A DNA stretch of 64,000 bases, from the NCBI GenBank assembly GCA_963674865.2, contig CAXXYE010000008.1:96001-160000 (forward strand), given 5' to 3'. This stretch comes from Candidatus Hydrogenedentota bacterium (GTDB taxonomy: Bacteria; Hydrogenedentota; Hydrogenedentia; Hydrogenedentales; SLHB01). Shown piece after piece: positions 62,790-64,000 of the stretch. The notes below the pieces were generated by a model. It was given only the letters and a program-made list of their open reading frames with translations. It searched no databases and was not told where the DNA came from. Positions within the stretch are counted from its first letter, which is position 1. Each line of letters begins with the position of its first letter. A program made the translations under genes and the position numbers.

Positions 62790-63698
62790 TTGCGCGTATT
62801 GGTTGCCGAAGACGACGCAACATCCCGCCTTGTGCTCGAGACCACCCTTCGCAAGCGCGGATACGAAGTCGTTTCCGCCGAAGACGGAGAAATGGCCTGG
62901 GGCTATCTCAGCGGAGAAGACCACCCACGTTTGGCCCTGCTCGATTGGATGATGCCCGGCCTGAGCGGGCTTGAGGTATGCAAGAAGATCCGTCAGCGAA
63001 GCGACGCCGACGAAAGATACGTGTACATCGTCTTCCTTACCGGCAAGGGAGACATCAAAGAGGTCCTCGCCGGCCTCGAGGCCGGCGCCGACGACTATAT
63101 CAAGAAGCCTTTCAATGTGGACGAACTCGAACTGCGCCTCCGCGCCGGCAAACGCATCATCGAGTTGCAGGACCAACTTGTCGAGGCCAAACAGCTGCTG
63201 CGCCATCAGGCGGAGTACGATGCACTCACCGGAATCCTGAACCGCGGCGCCCTTCTTAAGCGCGTCGAGGTCGAGTTGGCCCGTGCATCACGCGGCGAAG
63301 GCTGTCTGGGCGTCGCGATGATGGACCTCGACCACTTCAAGAACGTCAACGATACCCACGGGCACCAGGCGGGAGACGAGGTGCTGCGAGAAGCCGTGAG
63401 GCGCATCCTCGGCGTCGTGCGGCCCTACGATATATTCGGCCGCTACGGCGGCGAGGAATTCCTCCTGGTGATCCCCACCAACGCCGCCACCACGGTACCC
63501 TTCGAGCGTGTGCGGAGCGCCATCGCCGAACGCCAGTTTGCCATCGACCAGATAGAGATCCCCGTTACGCTCAGCATCGGTGTTGCCTGGAGCGATCCGA
63601 ACAGCAAGCTCGAAGAGCTCCTCGGCCGAGCCGACGCCGCCCTATACCAAGCAAAAGAAAACGGGCGAAACCGCGTCGAAGAAGCCCCGCCTTCCTGA
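62790..63698 (+). CDS. Response regulator diguanylate cyclase (REC-GGDEF)
   Basis: LLDWMMP receiver; RPYD I-site, GGEEF; TTG start after AGGAGA. Confidence 0.92.
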   Translation: MRVLVAEDDATSRLVLETTLRKRGYEVVSAEDGEMAWGYLSGEDHPRLALLDWMMPGLSGLEVCKKIRQRSDADERYVYIVFLTGKGDIKEVLAGLEAGADDYIKKPFNVDELELRLRAGKRIIELQDQLVEAKQLLRHQAEYDALTGILNRGALLKRVEVELARASRGEGCLGVAMMDLDHFKNVNDTHGHQAGDEVLREAVRRILGVVRPYDIFGRYGGEEFLLVIPTNAATTVPFERVRSAIAERQFAIDQIEIPVTLSIGVAWSDPNSKLEELLGRADAALYQAKENGRNRVEEAPPS

Positions 63699-63747
63699 CC
63701 TTTCTTTTCGCCGCGAGCGACGGGACGCCCTCCCTGTCACCGTTTTG

Positions 63748-63821
63748 AACCACCAAGACACCAAGACACAAAGACGCAAAGAGAGGATGTTCCCTTCGTG
63801 CCTTGGTGTCTTTGTGGTGAA
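63748..63821. repeat. REP-like imperfect palindrome built from ~9-bp units
   Basis: AACCACCAAGACACCAAGACACAAAG ... CTTCGTGCCTTGGTGTCTTTGTGGTGA. Confidence 0.7.
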
Positions 63822-64000
63822 AAGGGCTTGCTGCGCCCCTGTGTCGCGCCCTGCCGACGCGGTGGGAGCCGTCCGGAGTGCAAGCTTTAGCGTGTCCCGG
63901 CACGGCCTTCCAAACGCCGGTAGGTTTCCGCTACCATTAGGGCGTTTCCTGGAATTAACGGTGTTTCCGCACATGTCGCGGATTTGGAAAGGAAGGATAC

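Noticed and set aside
63748..63821. CRISPR array
   Set aside because: Units are ~9 bp without unique spacers; no cas genes in the window

Overview
High-GC, diderm bacterial chromosome segment. It tentatively resembles Candidatus Hydrogenedentota or a PVC-like lineage; this is inferred only from protein-family content and operon layout. The core is a contiguous str-S10-spc-alpha translation cluster of 33 genes (rpsL to rplQ, 7872-27349) with no rpmD or rpsD at their usual positions, plus mutS, ndk, an unannotated 29-aa bS22-like gene and purA. Accessory content: (1) a UroD-family/desulfoferrodoxin/CmcI triple fusion; (2) secreted glycan-active proteins; (3) an ECF sigma factor fused to domains resembling the type IV pilus/T2SS platform protein (PilC/GspF) and the assembly-ATPase N2 domain (PilB/GspE), which is the most striking item; (4) a radical SAM-AsnB-like-WbqC-GT2 operon; (5) a DUF2271/diheme membrane protein/methyltransferase/class I isoprenoid synthase-like/ABC exporter operon; (6) an H-NOX/HNOBA-kinase/diguanylate cyclase module. 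Three gene remnants, a highly structured rpsG-fusA spacer and several non-coding repeats are also present. No rRNA, tRNA, CRISPR array or intact transposase was seen. All family calls come from recognising motifs by eye; no searches were run. Many starts were trimmed from the ORF track using RBS position and homologue N-termini.
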